In this document: positions 1 through 10,152 of the stretch, piece after piece
Layout: each line of letters begins with the position of its first letter
Position numbering within the stretch: the stretch's first letter is position 1
The notes under the pieces: model-generated
Databases searched by the model: none
Seen by the model: the letters and a program-made list of their open reading frames with translations, nothing else
What the model was told of the DNA's origin: nothing
Made by a program: the position numbers and the translations under genes
Assembly (NCBI GenBank): GCA_032128875.1
Contig: JAVLKG010000005.1
Location: 416,001 to 480,000, forward strand
Reading direction: 5' to 3'
DNA: 64,000 nt
DNA from: Candidatus Melainabacteria bacterium 17Bon1m
GTDB taxonomy: Bacteria; Cyanobacteriota; Vampirovibrionia; Obscuribacterales; Obscuribacteraceae

Positions 1-459
1 GGTATCAAGTATATTTTTCTTACTCATCGTGATGATGTCGCTGATGCTCAAAAGTATGCAGAGTATTTTTCTGCCAGTCGCATTATTCATCGCGACGAAC
101 TAAGTGCGCAGCCTGGCGCCGAGATAGTCATAGACGGTTATGATGCGCAGAATTTCGAAACTGATTTCACCGTAATTCCGGTGCCCGGTCACACCAAAGG
201 TCATATGGTGCTTCTCTACAGAAACAAGTTTTTGTTTACCGGAGATCACCTTGCTTATAATCCTGAAGATAGGCACCTTTACGCGTTTTCCGATTACTGC
301 TGGTATTCGTGGACAGAGCAGACGAAGTCTATGAAGAGGCTAAGCGAATATGATTTCGAGTGGGTGCTTGCTGGTCACGGAGATCGAGGAAAACTTCCGA
401 CCACTGAAATGAAAAAGCAAATGGCACAGCTTGTGAAATCTATGGAGAAATCACATTAG
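1..459 (+). CDS. MBL-fold metallo-hydrolase, 5'-truncated by window edge
   Basis: Frame is open from base 1: GIKYIFLTHRDDVADA...PGHTKGH...FTGDHLA...VLAGHG, the variant MBL motif set seen in cyanobacterial-type (often ferredoxin-fused) members. Confidence 0.85.
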   Translation, partial: GIKYIFLTHRDDVADAQKYAEYFSASRIIHRDELSAQPGAEIVIDGYDAQNFETDFTVIPVPGHTKGHMVLLYRNKFLFTGDHLAYNPEDRHLYAFSDYCWYSWTEQTKSMKRLSEYDFEWVLAGHGDRGKLPTTEMKKQMAQLVKSMEKSH

Positions 460-590
460 TTTCTTGATCGCAAGGAAAAACAGCAACTGTGCGGCGCCTT
501 CAGGTTTAATCTCGGAATTTGAACCTTTTGTCCGTTCGCGACGTATTAGCAATTAGGACTTACAAATTTGCTTTACGGAGGGACCGAACA

Positions 591-692
591 ATGGATTCTC
601 TGCTGCCTGTTTTCGCCGTTGTATCTTCAGTACTTGCTCTTGTGTTTTATACCGCGTTGTTTATAACCGGGTTACTGGACAATGAATTCTAG
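591..692 (+). CDS. Putative 33-aa single-pass membrane peptide (below ORF track cutoff)
   Basis: ATG 591 to TAG 692 reads MDSLLPVFAVVSSVLALVFYTALFITGLLDNEF; GGAGGG at 577-582 upstream; uninterrupted hydrophobic stretch. Confidence 0.5.
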   Translation: MDSLLPVFAVVSSVLALVFYTALFITGLLDNEF

Positions 693-799
693 TTTGTTCT
701 CATACTTATTATCTTTTGAGATCTTATTAAAGATGATCCACATCAGGTAGTTGACAATGTTCTTAAAGAAACACGGCTGGGGATGCTCTTGTCAAGAAG

Positions 800-1774
800 A
801 TGAAGGCTTGCGTCGTTATACCGACCAAGAACGGCGGCTCACTTTTCGAGAAGGTTTTGAAAGAGACTCTATCGCAAGTGACCGGCTTTGCCTTTGAAGT
901 TTTGGTCGTCGATTCCGGTTCAACGGATCAGACGATTTCAGTCGTTAAGCGCTCGAAAGCAAGATTGCTTTCTGTCAAACCCGAAGAATTCCAGCACGGC
1001 GCCACGCGCAACTTTGCTGTTTCTCAAACAGAAGCTGAGTTCGTAGCTTTTCTCACGCACGATGCGCTGCCTGCCAGCAAATTGTGGTTGCGCAACTTGA
1101 TTTTGAAAATGGAGTCCGACATGAGTGTTGCCGGAGCGTTCGGCAGACACCGTGCATATCCTGATTGTGATCCCTTCACAGCAGACGAACTCGAGCGACA
1201 TTTCGATCATTTGAATTCTCTTGAGCCTCTCCAAAAAATTGAAGACAAAGAGCGCTATTCAAGCGACATTGGCTATCGTCAGCTGCTTCATTTTTTTTCG
1301 AACAACAATAGTTGTTTACGTCGCTCGGTTTGGGAGAAGATCCCATTTCCATCCGTCAATTTTGCCGAAGATCAAGCCTGGGCGCAGAAAATAGTTGAAG
1401 CTGGCTATGCCAAAATTTATGCTGATGATGCAGTAGTTTTTCACTCTCACTCTTTCAACACAGTGGAAACATTTCGACGAGCGTTCGATGAATCGAAAGC
1501 AATGAAGGAGCTTTTCGATTACAAGTTAGTTCCGTCGCGCTCGTGCATTTTGAAGAACAGCTTGCATCAGCTGCGCATGGATAAGCGTTTGGTCGTTAGT
1601 CGCAAGCTCATAAGAAGCGCTCCAGTGTGCGTACTAAAGAGACCAATCAGAGTTCTGGCAAAACAACTGGGCAGCTTCGCCGGGCAGCGAGCCAGTTCTT
1701 TAGGCGAAGCGCAGCACCTTCTTTCGCTCGACCAATCGAAGAAAAGAAGCAAGCACAAAGCATCCGTGGATTAG
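800..1774 (+). CDS. GT2 glycosyltransferase, rhamnosyltransferase-like
   Basis: VVIPTKNG, VVDSGSTD, EEFQHGATRN, FLTHDA, FFSNNNS, FAEDQAW, VFHSH motifs. Confidence 0.9.
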   Translation: MKACVVIPTKNGGSLFEKVLKETLSQVTGFAFEVLVVDSGSTDQTISVVKRSKARLLSVKPEEFQHGATRNFAVSQTEAEFVAFLTHDALPASKLWLRNLILKMESDMSVAGAFGRHRAYPDCDPFTADELERHFDHLNSLEPLQKIEDKERYSSDIGYRQLLHFFSNNNSCLRRSVWEKIPFPSVNFAEDQAWAQKIVEAGYAKIYADDAVVFHSHSFNTVETFRRAFDESKAMKELFDYKLVPSRSCILKNSLHQLRMDKRLVVSRKLIRSAPVCVLKRPIRVLAKQLGSFAGQRASSLGEAQHLLSLDQSKKRSKHKASVD

Positions 1775-1790
1775 GCAGAGGCTGAAGAGA

Positions 1791-3023
1791 GTGGGCAAGT
1801 TAAAAACCTTCAGCCAACGCGTTCTGCGCCGACTGCGCAGAGAATTTCTCGGCGAGCAAACATCACCGTCTTGTGTGGTGGAAGACGTCTTTGCATATGT
1901 TACCGAGATTCCTTTTGGGCAATCTGTAACCATCGAAGAGGTGGCGGATAACACCATCAACTGGATAATGCCCGACTTTGGAATTGGAAGCGGCGGTCAT
2001 CTGAACATCTTTCGAATGATTTCGCGCTTGCAGAAATTGGGTTTTGAAAGTCGCATTATCATTCCCGAACTGGTTTGGTCGAAAACGGCGAAAGATGCCG
2101 AAGAGCGAATCAATCAACACTTCCTTCGGCTGGATGCTCCAGTATATGTGGGACGTGAAGATATTCCTTCTGCCTGCTTCTCGTTTGCGACTGCATGGAC
2201 AACTGCGTACTATCTGCGCGATTTTCAATCGACCGTGCACAAGTGTTATTTTGTTCAAGATTTTGAACCGTATTTCTATGCTCGCAGCACCGAGTCTGCG
2301 CTCTCCGAAGAGACCTATCGGTTTGGGTTTAAAGGTTTTGCCGCCGGCGATTGGCTAGCTTCCAAGTTGGTCCGCGACTACGGCATGGACGTAGAAGCCT
2401 TTCGTTTTTCCTATGATAAAGACCGGTATTGCGCGCCTTTAGAGCGCCGCTTGCAAACAAATAAGATCCTTTTCTATTCTCGTCCTCCTACCCCCCGGAG
2501 AGGTTTTGAGCTGGGCTATTTGGCCTTGAAGCAGTTGATTGCGCTCAAGCCGGAGCTGCAAATTTTGTTGGCGGGCTGGGATATTTCCAACTATCGTCTG
2601 CCTAAAGGCATGAAAAATTTGGGCATTGTGCCGCTCAAAGACTTGCGCGAACTGTATCAGGAGTGTGATGCGGCATTAGTCCTCTCTTTTACGAATTTGT
2701 CCCTCGTCCCGCTCGAGCTGATGGCTTGCGGTTGCCCAGTCATCAGCAATCGAGGCGCCAATGTTGAATGGATGCTCAACGATGAAATCGTTACTCTTGC
2801 AGAACCCACTGTTCATGGGCTTGTAACCGCTCTTCTAAAAGTGATTGAAGACCATCAAGGTGCTGAAGCAAAAGCGGAAGAGGCCTTGAAATATGTCCAA
2901 TCGACTGATTGGGACACGGAAACCTTAAAGTTGGCTACTTCTCTCAGAATGATGAACGAGAGAGAAAGGCAATCGGTATGCCGTGAGGAGAAGAGCGATG
3001 CGCAGCTCCAATCTCGAATATAA
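1791..3023 (+). CDS. WsaF-like GT4 glycosyltransferase (rhamnosyltransferase family)
   Basis: GSGGHLNIFR, FATAWTTAY, YFVQDFEPYFY, YSRPPTPRRGFEL, SLVPLELMACG. Confidence 0.85.
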   Translation: MGKLKTFSQRVLRRLRREFLGEQTSPSCVVEDVFAYVTEIPFGQSVTIEEVADNTINWIMPDFGIGSGGHLNIFRMISRLQKLGFESRIIIPELVWSKTAKDAEERINQHFLRLDAPVYVGREDIPSACFSFATAWTTAYYLRDFQSTVHKCYFVQDFEPYFYARSTESALSEETYRFGFKGFAAGDWLASKLVRDYGMDVEAFRFSYDKDRYCAPLERRLQTNKILFYSRPPTPRRGFELGYLALKQLIALKPELQILLAGWDISNYRLPKGMKNLGIVPLKDLRELYQECDAALVLSFTNLSLVPLELMACGCPVISNRGANVEWMLNDEIVTLAEPTVHGLVTALLKVIEDHQGAEAKAEEALKYVQSTDWDTETLKLATSLRMMNERERQSVCREEKSDAQLQSRI

Positions 3024-5328
3024 CGAAAAACTAGACCATTTGCGCTTTGCGGCATTCTTGCTGGTTTTGGTTTTCCATACATATCACCCGGTCTATTCTT
3101 GGCTCACAAATGCTGTTGGAACTTACGCGTATACGAGACCGGTGGATCTTCTTTCAATATTTGTCGTTGATGGTCACACGGGCGTAGCGCTATTTCTTAC
3201 CTTGAGTGGCTTTTTGTTTGCGCGCATTTGCAGCAGAACTCAAGGTTCATACTTTAGCGTGAGGAACTTCTACCTCAATCGCTTTCTTAGAATTTATCCA
3301 CTCTTCATTTTGATTTTGCTTATGGCCATCTTCTGGGGCGGCGCCCCTAACCCGTGGCCTTCATTATTGAGGTCTCTCCTAACCCTGCAAAATACTCCGG
3401 AAGCCGTTCATATCGACCAGCTAAATCATTTGTGGACTCTTGCCTGCGAATTGCAGTTCTATTTGGTTTTTCCAATTCTGCTGTGGTTGTATCGCTGCAA
3501 TCATGGTTTTACTTTGCTCATACTGTTTATGGGTATCGACGTTTTTGCCTTGGCGGTCAATTATCTGCAAGCTGGTGACACCCTCAGTCCGGCATATAGC
3601 ACTATCCTCGGGCGAATCAATCAATGTATCGTAGGCATGATGCTTGGGTTCACTCTTGAGAAATTTGAGCACCGACTGCGCAGTCCTTTGTTTTTACTTC
3701 TCTCTATCGGCATTCTCAGTGCATTACTGTTTGTCTTGCACAGCTGCGGCGGTACTGTTCTGGGTGGAACAAGCCCTATTTGGATTGTCTATCCAACATT
3801 AGAAGGACTGGCTTGGGCGGCTGTAATTGCTTCGTATGTGAGTTGTGATTTTCAATTGCCTCGTCCTCTGTCTCGCCTGTGTGCTGAGGGCGGTGCCTTG
3901 AGTTATTCATTGTATGTGTGGCACTTTTACTTTTGTTTGTTGATGATCCGCACTGTTTTACCGCTTTTGACAGATAAACAGCATAAGTTCGCGTGGCTTC
4001 TGGCAATGCAAGATTGGCTGATTGCACATCCTTTCTTGTCTGCCGTTGTTTTTGCCTTGTTTGTAGTTTTTCCTCCTACTTTGCTGGTTTCCATATTTAC
4101 CTACAAGTATGTTGAAGTTCCATTCTTCAACTTGCGACGAAGGTACATCTTCGAAAGTAGGGCAGAACAAGCGGATTCATGCGACCCAGCGTACGATTTT
4201 AAGAAGGCACTTCAGAATATCAATTTACAGATAAGTAAATTTGCCAAAGTGAGTGCGGTAGCCGCTGCTTCGATGGTTGTGCTTCTTGTTGGCTGCGAAC
4301 TTGCCTGCATTGCTTACGGAGTGCCGAAGAACGCGTTTCTTCAACCGGACGAGCAGCTCGGCACGGTGAGAATTCCGGGTCGGAAGCTTGAATGGACATT
4401 TGAAGGGTACTCTGCAGATGTACTGTCATCTGTCGGATTGCGTGACGTTGAGCATGCGAAAGAAAAGCCTCCTGGCGCAAAGCGCATAATGCTTATTGGC
4501 GATTCAATTGTTGAAGCTGTGCAGGTGCCTCTCGCGAATACTGCAGCGCGATTGTTTCAGCAAAAGCTCTACGGAGATGGATACGAAAATGTAGAAGTCA
4601 TAAACGCCGCGCATATGAACCATTCGCTCGGGCAGACAGTTTCTTACTACGACAGGCTCGCGCGTACATTCAAGCCTGATGAAGTCTATTTGGTGTTGGA
4701 CTCTTTCAATGGTGACATTAATCAGCGTGCCGCATCTGATTTTTCAGTTGAAGCGCGTCCATACTTCTACGTGACTAACAACTTTTTGCACGAGGACTCG
4801 ACACTTCTACCGTCTAAATTCGAGTGTCAAACATGGCGCCTATTGTTGCAGCATAGCCGCCTTGCAAATTGGCTAGTCAATCAAGATTTGCGGCTGAAGC
4901 TTGAGAATCACTGCTATCAGGTATTTGCCCGCGAGCTGTCAGTAGCGACGAGAAGTATCTCTGCTCGAAAAATTGAGTATCCTGCTCCCGATCGGCGCGA
5001 AGTCCGAAATGCTCTTCTCAGTTTTCTCAACAGAGTAGTAAATTCTCAAGGAGCAAAGCTGACCGTTTTCACGAAGTTCTATCCTACGCCGGACCTGACT
5101 CGCAGAGATTTCGAAGAGATATCTGACTTAAGTAAGCGTGAGCGTTTCAGTTTGGTTTCGCTGGATGAAGCCCTGATTAAGTCCGGTCCTGCTTGCTATG
5201 GCAAAGCGCATTTGACTGCACGCGGACAAGCGGTAATGTCCGAGAAGATGTACGAGACTTTCACAACTCGCGATACTGCAATTGCGAAGCTTAACTCTCG
5301 AAAAAATTTCCGAGATGTGTCAATGTAA
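2998..5328 (+). CDS. Acyltransferase-3 (OafA-like) fused to extracytoplasmic SGNH domain
   Basis: LDHLRFAA, GVALFLTLSGF, RFLRIYP, HLWTLACELQFY, SYSLYVWH, TYKYVEVPF; then an extra TM and LIGDS. ATG 2998 chosen from GAGGAG at 2985-2990. Confidence 0.85.
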   Translation: MRSSNLEYNEKLDHLRFAAFLLVLVFHTYHPVYSWLTNAVGTYAYTRPVDLLSIFVVDGHTGVALFLTLSGFLFARICSRTQGSYFSVRNFYLNRFLRIYPLFILILLMAIFWGGAPNPWPSLLRSLLTLQNTPEAVHIDQLNHLWTLACELQFYLVFPILLWLYRCNHGFTLLILFMGIDVFALAVNYLQAGDTLSPAYSTILGRINQCIVGMMLGFTLEKFEHRLRSPLFLLLSIGILSALLFVLHSCGGTVLGGTSPIWIVYPTLEGLAWAAVIASYVSCDFQLPRPLSRLCAEGGALSYSLYVWHFYFCLLMIRTVLPLLTDKQHKFAWLLAMQDWLIAHPFLSAVVFALFVVFPPTLLVSIFTYKYVEVPFFNLRRRYIFESRAEQADSCDPAYDFKKALQNINLQISKFAKVSAVAAASMVVLLVGCELACIAYGVPKNAFLQPDEQLGTVRIPGRKLEWTFEGYSADVLSSVGLRDVEHAKEKPPGAKRIMLIGDSIVEAVQVPLANTAARLFQQKLYGDGYENVEVINAAHMNHSLGQTVSYYDRLARTFKPDEVYLVLDSFNGDINQRAASDFSVEARPYFYVTNNFLHEDSTLLPSKFECQTWRLLLQHSRLANWLVNQDLRLKLENHCYQVFARELSVATRSISARKIEYPAPDRREVRNALLSFLNRVVNSQGAKLTVFTKFYPTPDLTRRDFEEISDLSKRERFSLVSLDEALIKSGPACYGKAHLTARGQAVMSEKMYETFTTRDTAIAKLNSRKNFRDVSM

Positions 5329-5341
5329 GGATCAAGAACAG

Positions 5342-6568
5342 ATGAAGATGCATAAGATCCTATTTCTGTTGCCGTCACGAGCGCTCTCCGGTGGTGTTTT
5401 AGTGGCTCGTCATCATGCGATGTTGCTTGCGGCGAAGGGCTACGAAGTTACAGTCGCCTACCTTCACACCTCGGATTTAGACAACGGTTCGGTCTTGCCA
5501 ATAATTGAACCGGCGCAAGAGATTCTTTATTCAGAGCTGGACCGGGACATCACTTTTGATGCTGTTGTTGCAACTTGGTGGGAAACTGCTTATCACGCCG
5601 CACAAATTAAGGCGAGAAGGTATTTCTATTTCGTTCAAGGGTTTGAAGAACGGCTTTACCCTACAGATTCAGTTTGGCCATTGCTTGTGCAACGAACCTA
5701 CCAGTCCGGTTTTAACTTCATCACTGTCAACAGCGGTCTGCAAAAGTATCTTCAAAACCAGTTTGGGCAATCGTCGATTGTAATTCCGCCTGGTATCAAT
5801 CTTGATGATTACGATTGTGAGCCAAAAATTGCGCGCGGCTCGGAATCATTGAGAGTACTCGTCGAAGGGGCGCCTGACGCTGACTATAAGCGCGTAGCGC
5901 TGGCTTTTGAAGCATTGTCGCAGATTTCTTCCGTCGAAACGGTTTATGTGTCTCCAAAGGGCAAAGCGCGACCGGAGTGGAAGGTCGATTATTTCTTTGA
6001 GAGCGTACCTCCTGCCGAGATGCCATCGATTTGCAAGTCTTGCGATTTGGTTTTAAAACTAAGCACAGACGAAAGCTTTTCGCTGCCTGTTTTGGAGTCT
6101 TTCGCAGCAGGAGCCACAGCAATTACTGCTGATTACTACGGTGGCTCGGATTTCATTGTTGATGGTAAAAACGCGCTTGTAGTGGCAGTAGATGACCTTT
6201 CTGCAGCTGTTGCGGCGTTAAGAAGACTGCAGAGCGATAGAAAGCTTTTGAGCGAACTCAAGGCTCAGGCAAAAGCGACGGCAGCAATATACTCGTGGAA
6301 CAAGATGGCGGAGAAAATGGAAAGCGCGCTGCTCGCGGGCTTTGACTTTGAAGCGCCTGAGACTCCTCCGCTAGCCGGTTGTTTGGCACAGTATCAAGCT
6401 CTACATGCGATGCGTTTGGAACTTACTCAAGCCCAATTTGAAAAAGAGCACTACAAGAGCGCACACTCGAAAGTCTCTGCCGAACTGCATGGATCGCGCG
6501 CCTATCGTGTTGGTAATTCGCTTGTAAAAGCATTTCGTTCTATTGCGCGAAATGAGGTGGAACGATGA
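5342..6568 (+). CDS. GT4 glycosyltransferase, WsaF-like, with C-terminal coiled-coil tail
   Basis: SGGVLV, VATWWETAY, YFVQGFE, ESFSLPVLESFAAG; start moved to ATG 5342, after the upstream stop. Confidence 0.85.
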   Translation: MKMHKILFLLPSRALSGGVLVARHHAMLLAAKGYEVTVAYLHTSDLDNGSVLPIIEPAQEILYSELDRDITFDAVVATWWETAYHAAQIKARRYFYFVQGFEERLYPTDSVWPLLVQRTYQSGFNFITVNSGLQKYLQNQFGQSSIVIPPGINLDDYDCEPKIARGSESLRVLVEGAPDADYKRVALAFEALSQISSVETVYVSPKGKARPEWKVDYFFESVPPAEMPSICKSCDLVLKLSTDESFSLPVLESFAAGATAITADYYGGSDFIVDGKNALVVAVDDLSAAVAALRRLQSDRKLLSELKAQAKATAAIYSWNKMAEKMESALLAGFDFEAPETPPLAGCLAQYQALHAMRLELTQAQFEKEHYKSAHSKVSAELHGSRAYRVGNSLVKAFRSIARNEVER

Positions 6569-7914
6569 CGCGGACAAAAGTCAGTTCCTTCGCAAACAAG
6601 TTGGCACCGGCGTATCTGACTGTGTTGATGCTATATCAGTTTTTGCTCTATTTCATGATCGGCAATATTTTTCATTCACTCTTTTTGCCGATGATAGACC
6701 ACACGCATTTTGCCATTGTTTGGGTAACTACAATTATTTTGATTCCATTTTTTGCTAAAGAGTGCAAAAACGCTTGGAATGAAAAGCGGATAGCTGAGCA
6801 GATTTTTCTCGTCTCTTGTGGTGTTTTCGTTTCAATTGCTTCGCTTAAAAGGCTTGGGACTGTTGAAGCTGTGTGGGGCTTGCTTACCGCAATTACCGTG
6901 TTCATGTTTCTATTGCTCGCACCCAAGCTTCTTAAGAAGAGGCATTATGCAGTTTTATTTTGGTTTGTCTGTATTCTTGCCGGAGTTCACGCGGTTAGCC
7001 AGATTTGCTTTGTATTAGGCCAAACACAGCAGTTTTGTGGTTTTAACGTCAACATGCCACATGGGCGATTGATGCGAGTTCCACACCTTCCATTGCTGTC
7101 CCTGCTGGATGGCTATACGGGAGGGTGGTTTACTAATCCCAATTGCTTAGCCAGTTACATCATGGCGATCCCAGCAATTTCTATATTTCTGAGTCAGTCT
7201 GCTACAACCCGCTTAAAAGCAGCCCGCTGGCTCGCTTTAAGCATCTGCGGGCTAACATCAATAAGCCTGCTTTTGACATTCTCCCGTGCTGCTATTCTGT
7301 CAACCATGCTTGGAATGATACCGCTGGCGGTGTACGCATTGCGTCAGCGAAAGGTTCCGGTTTTTGCATCTGTTTCTTTCTTGTTTGTCCTCGTTGGCGT
7401 GCTTTTCTTTGCACAGATGCGATTCACAACATTGGGTGATCCGCTCAGTCTCAGTGGCAGAATGGATATTTGGAACTCTGTCAGTGAATCACTCCAGCGT
7501 TTGCCGTTTTTTGGATACGGAACTTTCAGAGGCACTAACACTGGCGAAACACCTCACAATGTCTTTCTTGCAAATCTTTTGTTCTATGGCGTTCCTGGCC
7601 TTTTCTCTTTGCTTTCTATGTTAGGCTCAGGAATCTACATGATCTGGCGCCAGGTCAAACGAGAGCCTAATTACGGCGTGCTTGCTCTGTTTGGTTTTCT
7701 CTTAGCCTACATTTGCGCTTACTCGCAGATTGAGTTCGTTTTCACATGCCCTCATTCGTTTTCGAATTCGGTTGCCTTGCTGGTGTTTGGTTTCCTTATT
7801 TATCTGAGCACTATCAAGCCAAAAGACATACAAACAGTTCGAGACAATGAAGCGGAATCAGAAATTCTCACAAAGGCTGTCGCAAACGGGCTACAAAAGG
7901 CTGTTCGCACTTAA
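6565..7914 (+). CDS. O-antigen ligase family (Wzy_C) membrane protein; WaaL/oligosaccharyltransferase/Wzy-like
   Basis: Multi-TM; FTNPN, TFSRAA, SGRMDIW, PFFGYG, PHNVFL motifs; ATGA overlap with upstream gene. Confidence 0.8.
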   Translation: MTRTKVSSFANKLAPAYLTVLMLYQFLLYFMIGNIFHSLFLPMIDHTHFAIVWVTTIILIPFFAKECKNAWNEKRIAEQIFLVSCGVFVSIASLKRLGTVEAVWGLLTAITVFMFLLLAPKLLKKRHYAVLFWFVCILAGVHAVSQICFVLGQTQQFCGFNVNMPHGRLMRVPHLPLLSLLDGYTGGWFTNPNCLASYIMAIPAISIFLSQSATTRLKAARWLALSICGLTSISLLLTFSRAAILSTMLGMIPLAVYALRQRKVPVFASVSFLFVLVGVLFFAQMRFTTLGDPLSLSGRMDIWNSVSESLQRLPFFGYGTFRGTNTGETPHNVFLANLLFYGVPGLFSLLSMLGSGIYMIWRQVKREPNYGVLALFGFLLAYICAYSQIEFVFTCPHSFSNSVALLVFGFLIYLSTIKPKDIQTVRDNEAESEILTKAVANGLQKAVRT

Positions 7915-7920
7915 GCGGTT

Positions 7921-10152
7921 TCACCTCTGGCAGCGCAAGTAAGCGGCTGTGATGTAATCTGACAGCGCCCCTGGGCTATTATTGACCAAGCTAATCTCTT
8001 CAATCTCATCTGGATAATCGTCGAAAATGCGCCCGGGCTGTGTGTAAACAGCAGGCGCAGCGGGACCAAAAATTGGAATTTCGAATGCACTCGCATTACC
8101 GCTTTTGTATCGTACAACGCAGTTAATTAGTGCAGGTTTTCCCGTGGTCAGGAAGTCTAAGGATTGAAAATTTTGATGTGTAAATGAACCGACTGGGTGT
8201 ATCGAAAGCGTCTGGGCATCAACTGTTTTCAGCTTGCTTTCCGGACTCATAGACAATGCTTGTGTGTTGAGAATATTCTCCGGCGCATACTTAATTCCTG
8301 TTTGTATTTGATCAGGCGGTGCAACAACTTCAATGCGCGGGTATTCGAAGATGGTTGTTTTGTTGCCATTATTGCGAAAACAGATGGTCACGGTTTGTCC
8401 AGAGTAGCGTTTTAGATCTACTTCGTTGACGTTGCTTTGCTTTTCGAACTCACCGTCAGAGCCTCCACCATGTTTAATAAGAAGTTGATTCTGTGCTGGA
8501 AGACTTGCTGCCGGTGTTGCGTTCCCTTTCAAAACTTTGCAGTGGAGTCTTGCCACAGCGCTGTTCTTTGGTATCGTCACATGCCAGAAAACTTTGCTAT
8601 CTCCTTGCAATGCGAGATTGAGGTGGAGATAGTTTTTCCAACTCTTTTGCCGGCTCGGATCTGAACCCTTGACCCAAAAAACGCGTCCGCCATTGACCCT
8701 CTGCAGCTCAACGGAATTCATTGCGAAGTCGCCCTGTAAGAGATATTCGCGATGTGGCGCAAATATGGACCAGCTGTTCTTTTCAAGCGGCACTGCAAGC
8801 GTGTAAGGCTCCAAATTCACCAATTTAAAAATCATTCTGGTCGCATATGTCGGCGCATGAGCGAAGTTGCGCAGCATTGATGCAACGTAAGGTGCTCTGT
8901 TTGTTAGATAAAATTGCTTATCTTCGAAAGACTTGCTGGAGCTCAGATTCAACAAAAGCACCAATGTAAAAACTATCAATGCTCCTGCGCGTACGGCACG
9001 TTGGTACTGGGTGGCAAAGCTAAAGCAATAGAGCGCGATTCCAATCAGTCCGCACCAGTAAAGAGAACTCACAGAGCAGTTTGTTGGCGCGATGAAAGGA
9101 CGTGCCGTAGCTATTAGACCTACTGTTGCTAAACCCATAATTGCGCACAGTAGTGATGGTGCTAACGCGTCCGCGAATCTCTTTTTGTCAGTTAGCTTGA
9201 ACGCGGCAAACAAAAGAAAAGTAATACACACGAGCCCGAACAGACCGGCATTAAAGGATTGTTCTAGGTGTCCATAATGGCTTCCCGTGCCATTTGCGAA
9301 TGGACGTCCCAGTATGTTCAGAAAGATTCCGAAGTTGAATCCGAGAACTTGCTCGGCAATTGACCGTGTGTGTTCCTGCCTGACAGTGAATGATGCTAAG
9401 TAAGGTGCCAAGGAAAGAACTGATGCCGCAATCGCCCATGTATAGTCACAGAGCTTGCGTTTTCCGTTTAAATAGACTTGCACGAATAGCAGTGGCAGCG
9501 CGGTCAGGCTAAGCGCTGTTGTCCAACACCCGATCACGGCTGCCAGCGTGGATGCTATGTTAGCTGAAACTCGGCGAGGAAATCTTGCCAATGCCCAAAT
9601 GCTCAAAAGGCTCATAAGCAGAGACAATTGCCAGGTGACAGCGAATGTCGGGTGAGCGAGAACTGTTGTTTGCGAGGGTGCGAACAGGATTAGGCTAAGT
9701 GGGAGAAACATCGCAAGCCTAGTATTGGCGCTGTATTTGCCGAACATGTAATCGTTCATGAGCAGAACGCGCAAAAGCAGAAGTATTAGAGAGAGGCTAA
9801 GCATCGCGGTTTGCGAGGCGGCTGTCAGTTTGCAATTCAACCAGAAGAGAGCAAGTCCGAGCGCAAAGCTGTGACCATTGATCAGCGTGTCGCGAAAATA
9901 GTTCAACCAGTTGTAGTCACTGGCACTCATGCGCTCAATGAGTCTGAAGAAAATGACGTCGTCGTTGCTGGGTATATCGATACCCGATGTGTAGAGAAAA
10001 CTGCAAGCGCGGACAATCGGAATTAGCGCCGCCAGGGCTAAAAACAAGCAAATCGAGAAGGTGACCTTCTTACCTTGGTTTTGCTCTTCGAATTCCTGAT
10101 TCTTCTGCGCTACTGTTTCCACGCTGCCTATGACATAGATGCAGGGAGCCAA
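7921..10152 (-). CDS. Polytopic membrane protein with soluble C-terminal domain, possible GT-C-fold transferase
   Basis: ~11 hydrophobic segments, acidic PSNDD after TM1, NGH loop; start may be GTG 10122. Confidence 0.6.
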   Translation of the reverse strand: MAPCIYVIGSVETVAQKNQEFEEQNQGKKVTFSICLFLALAALIPIVRACSFLYTSGIDIPSNDDVIFFRLIERMSASDYNWLNYFRDTLINGHSFALGLALFWLNCKLTAASQTAMLSLSLILLLLRVLLMNDYMFGKYSANTRLAMFLPLSLILFAPSQTTVLAHPTFAVTWQLSLLMSLLSIWALARFPRRVSANIASTLAAVIGCWTTALSLTALPLLFVQVYLNGKRKLCDYTWAIAASVLSLAPYLASFTVRQEHTRSIAEQVLGFNFGIFLNILGRPFANGTGSHYGHLEQSFNAGLFGLVCITFLLFAAFKLTDKKRFADALAPSLLCAIMGLATVGLIATARPFIAPTNCSVSSLYWCGLIGIALYCFSFATQYQRAVRAGALIVFTLVLLLNLSSSKSFEDKQFYLTNRAPYVASMLRNFAHAPTYATRMIFKLVNLEPYTLAVPLEKNSWSIFAPHREYLLQGDFAMNSVELQRVNGGRVFWVKGSDPSRQKSWKNYLHLNLALQGDSKVFWHVTIPKNSAVARLHCKVLKGNATPAASLPAQNQLLIKHGGGSDGEFEKQSNVNEVDLKRYSGQTVTICFRNNGNKTTIFEYPRIEVVAPPDQIQTGIKYAPENILNTQALSMSPESKLKTVDAQTLSIHPVGSFTHQNFQSLDFLTTGKPALINCVVRYKSGNASAFEIPIFGPAAPAVYTQPGRIFDDYPDEIEEISLVNNSPGALSDYITAAYLRCQR

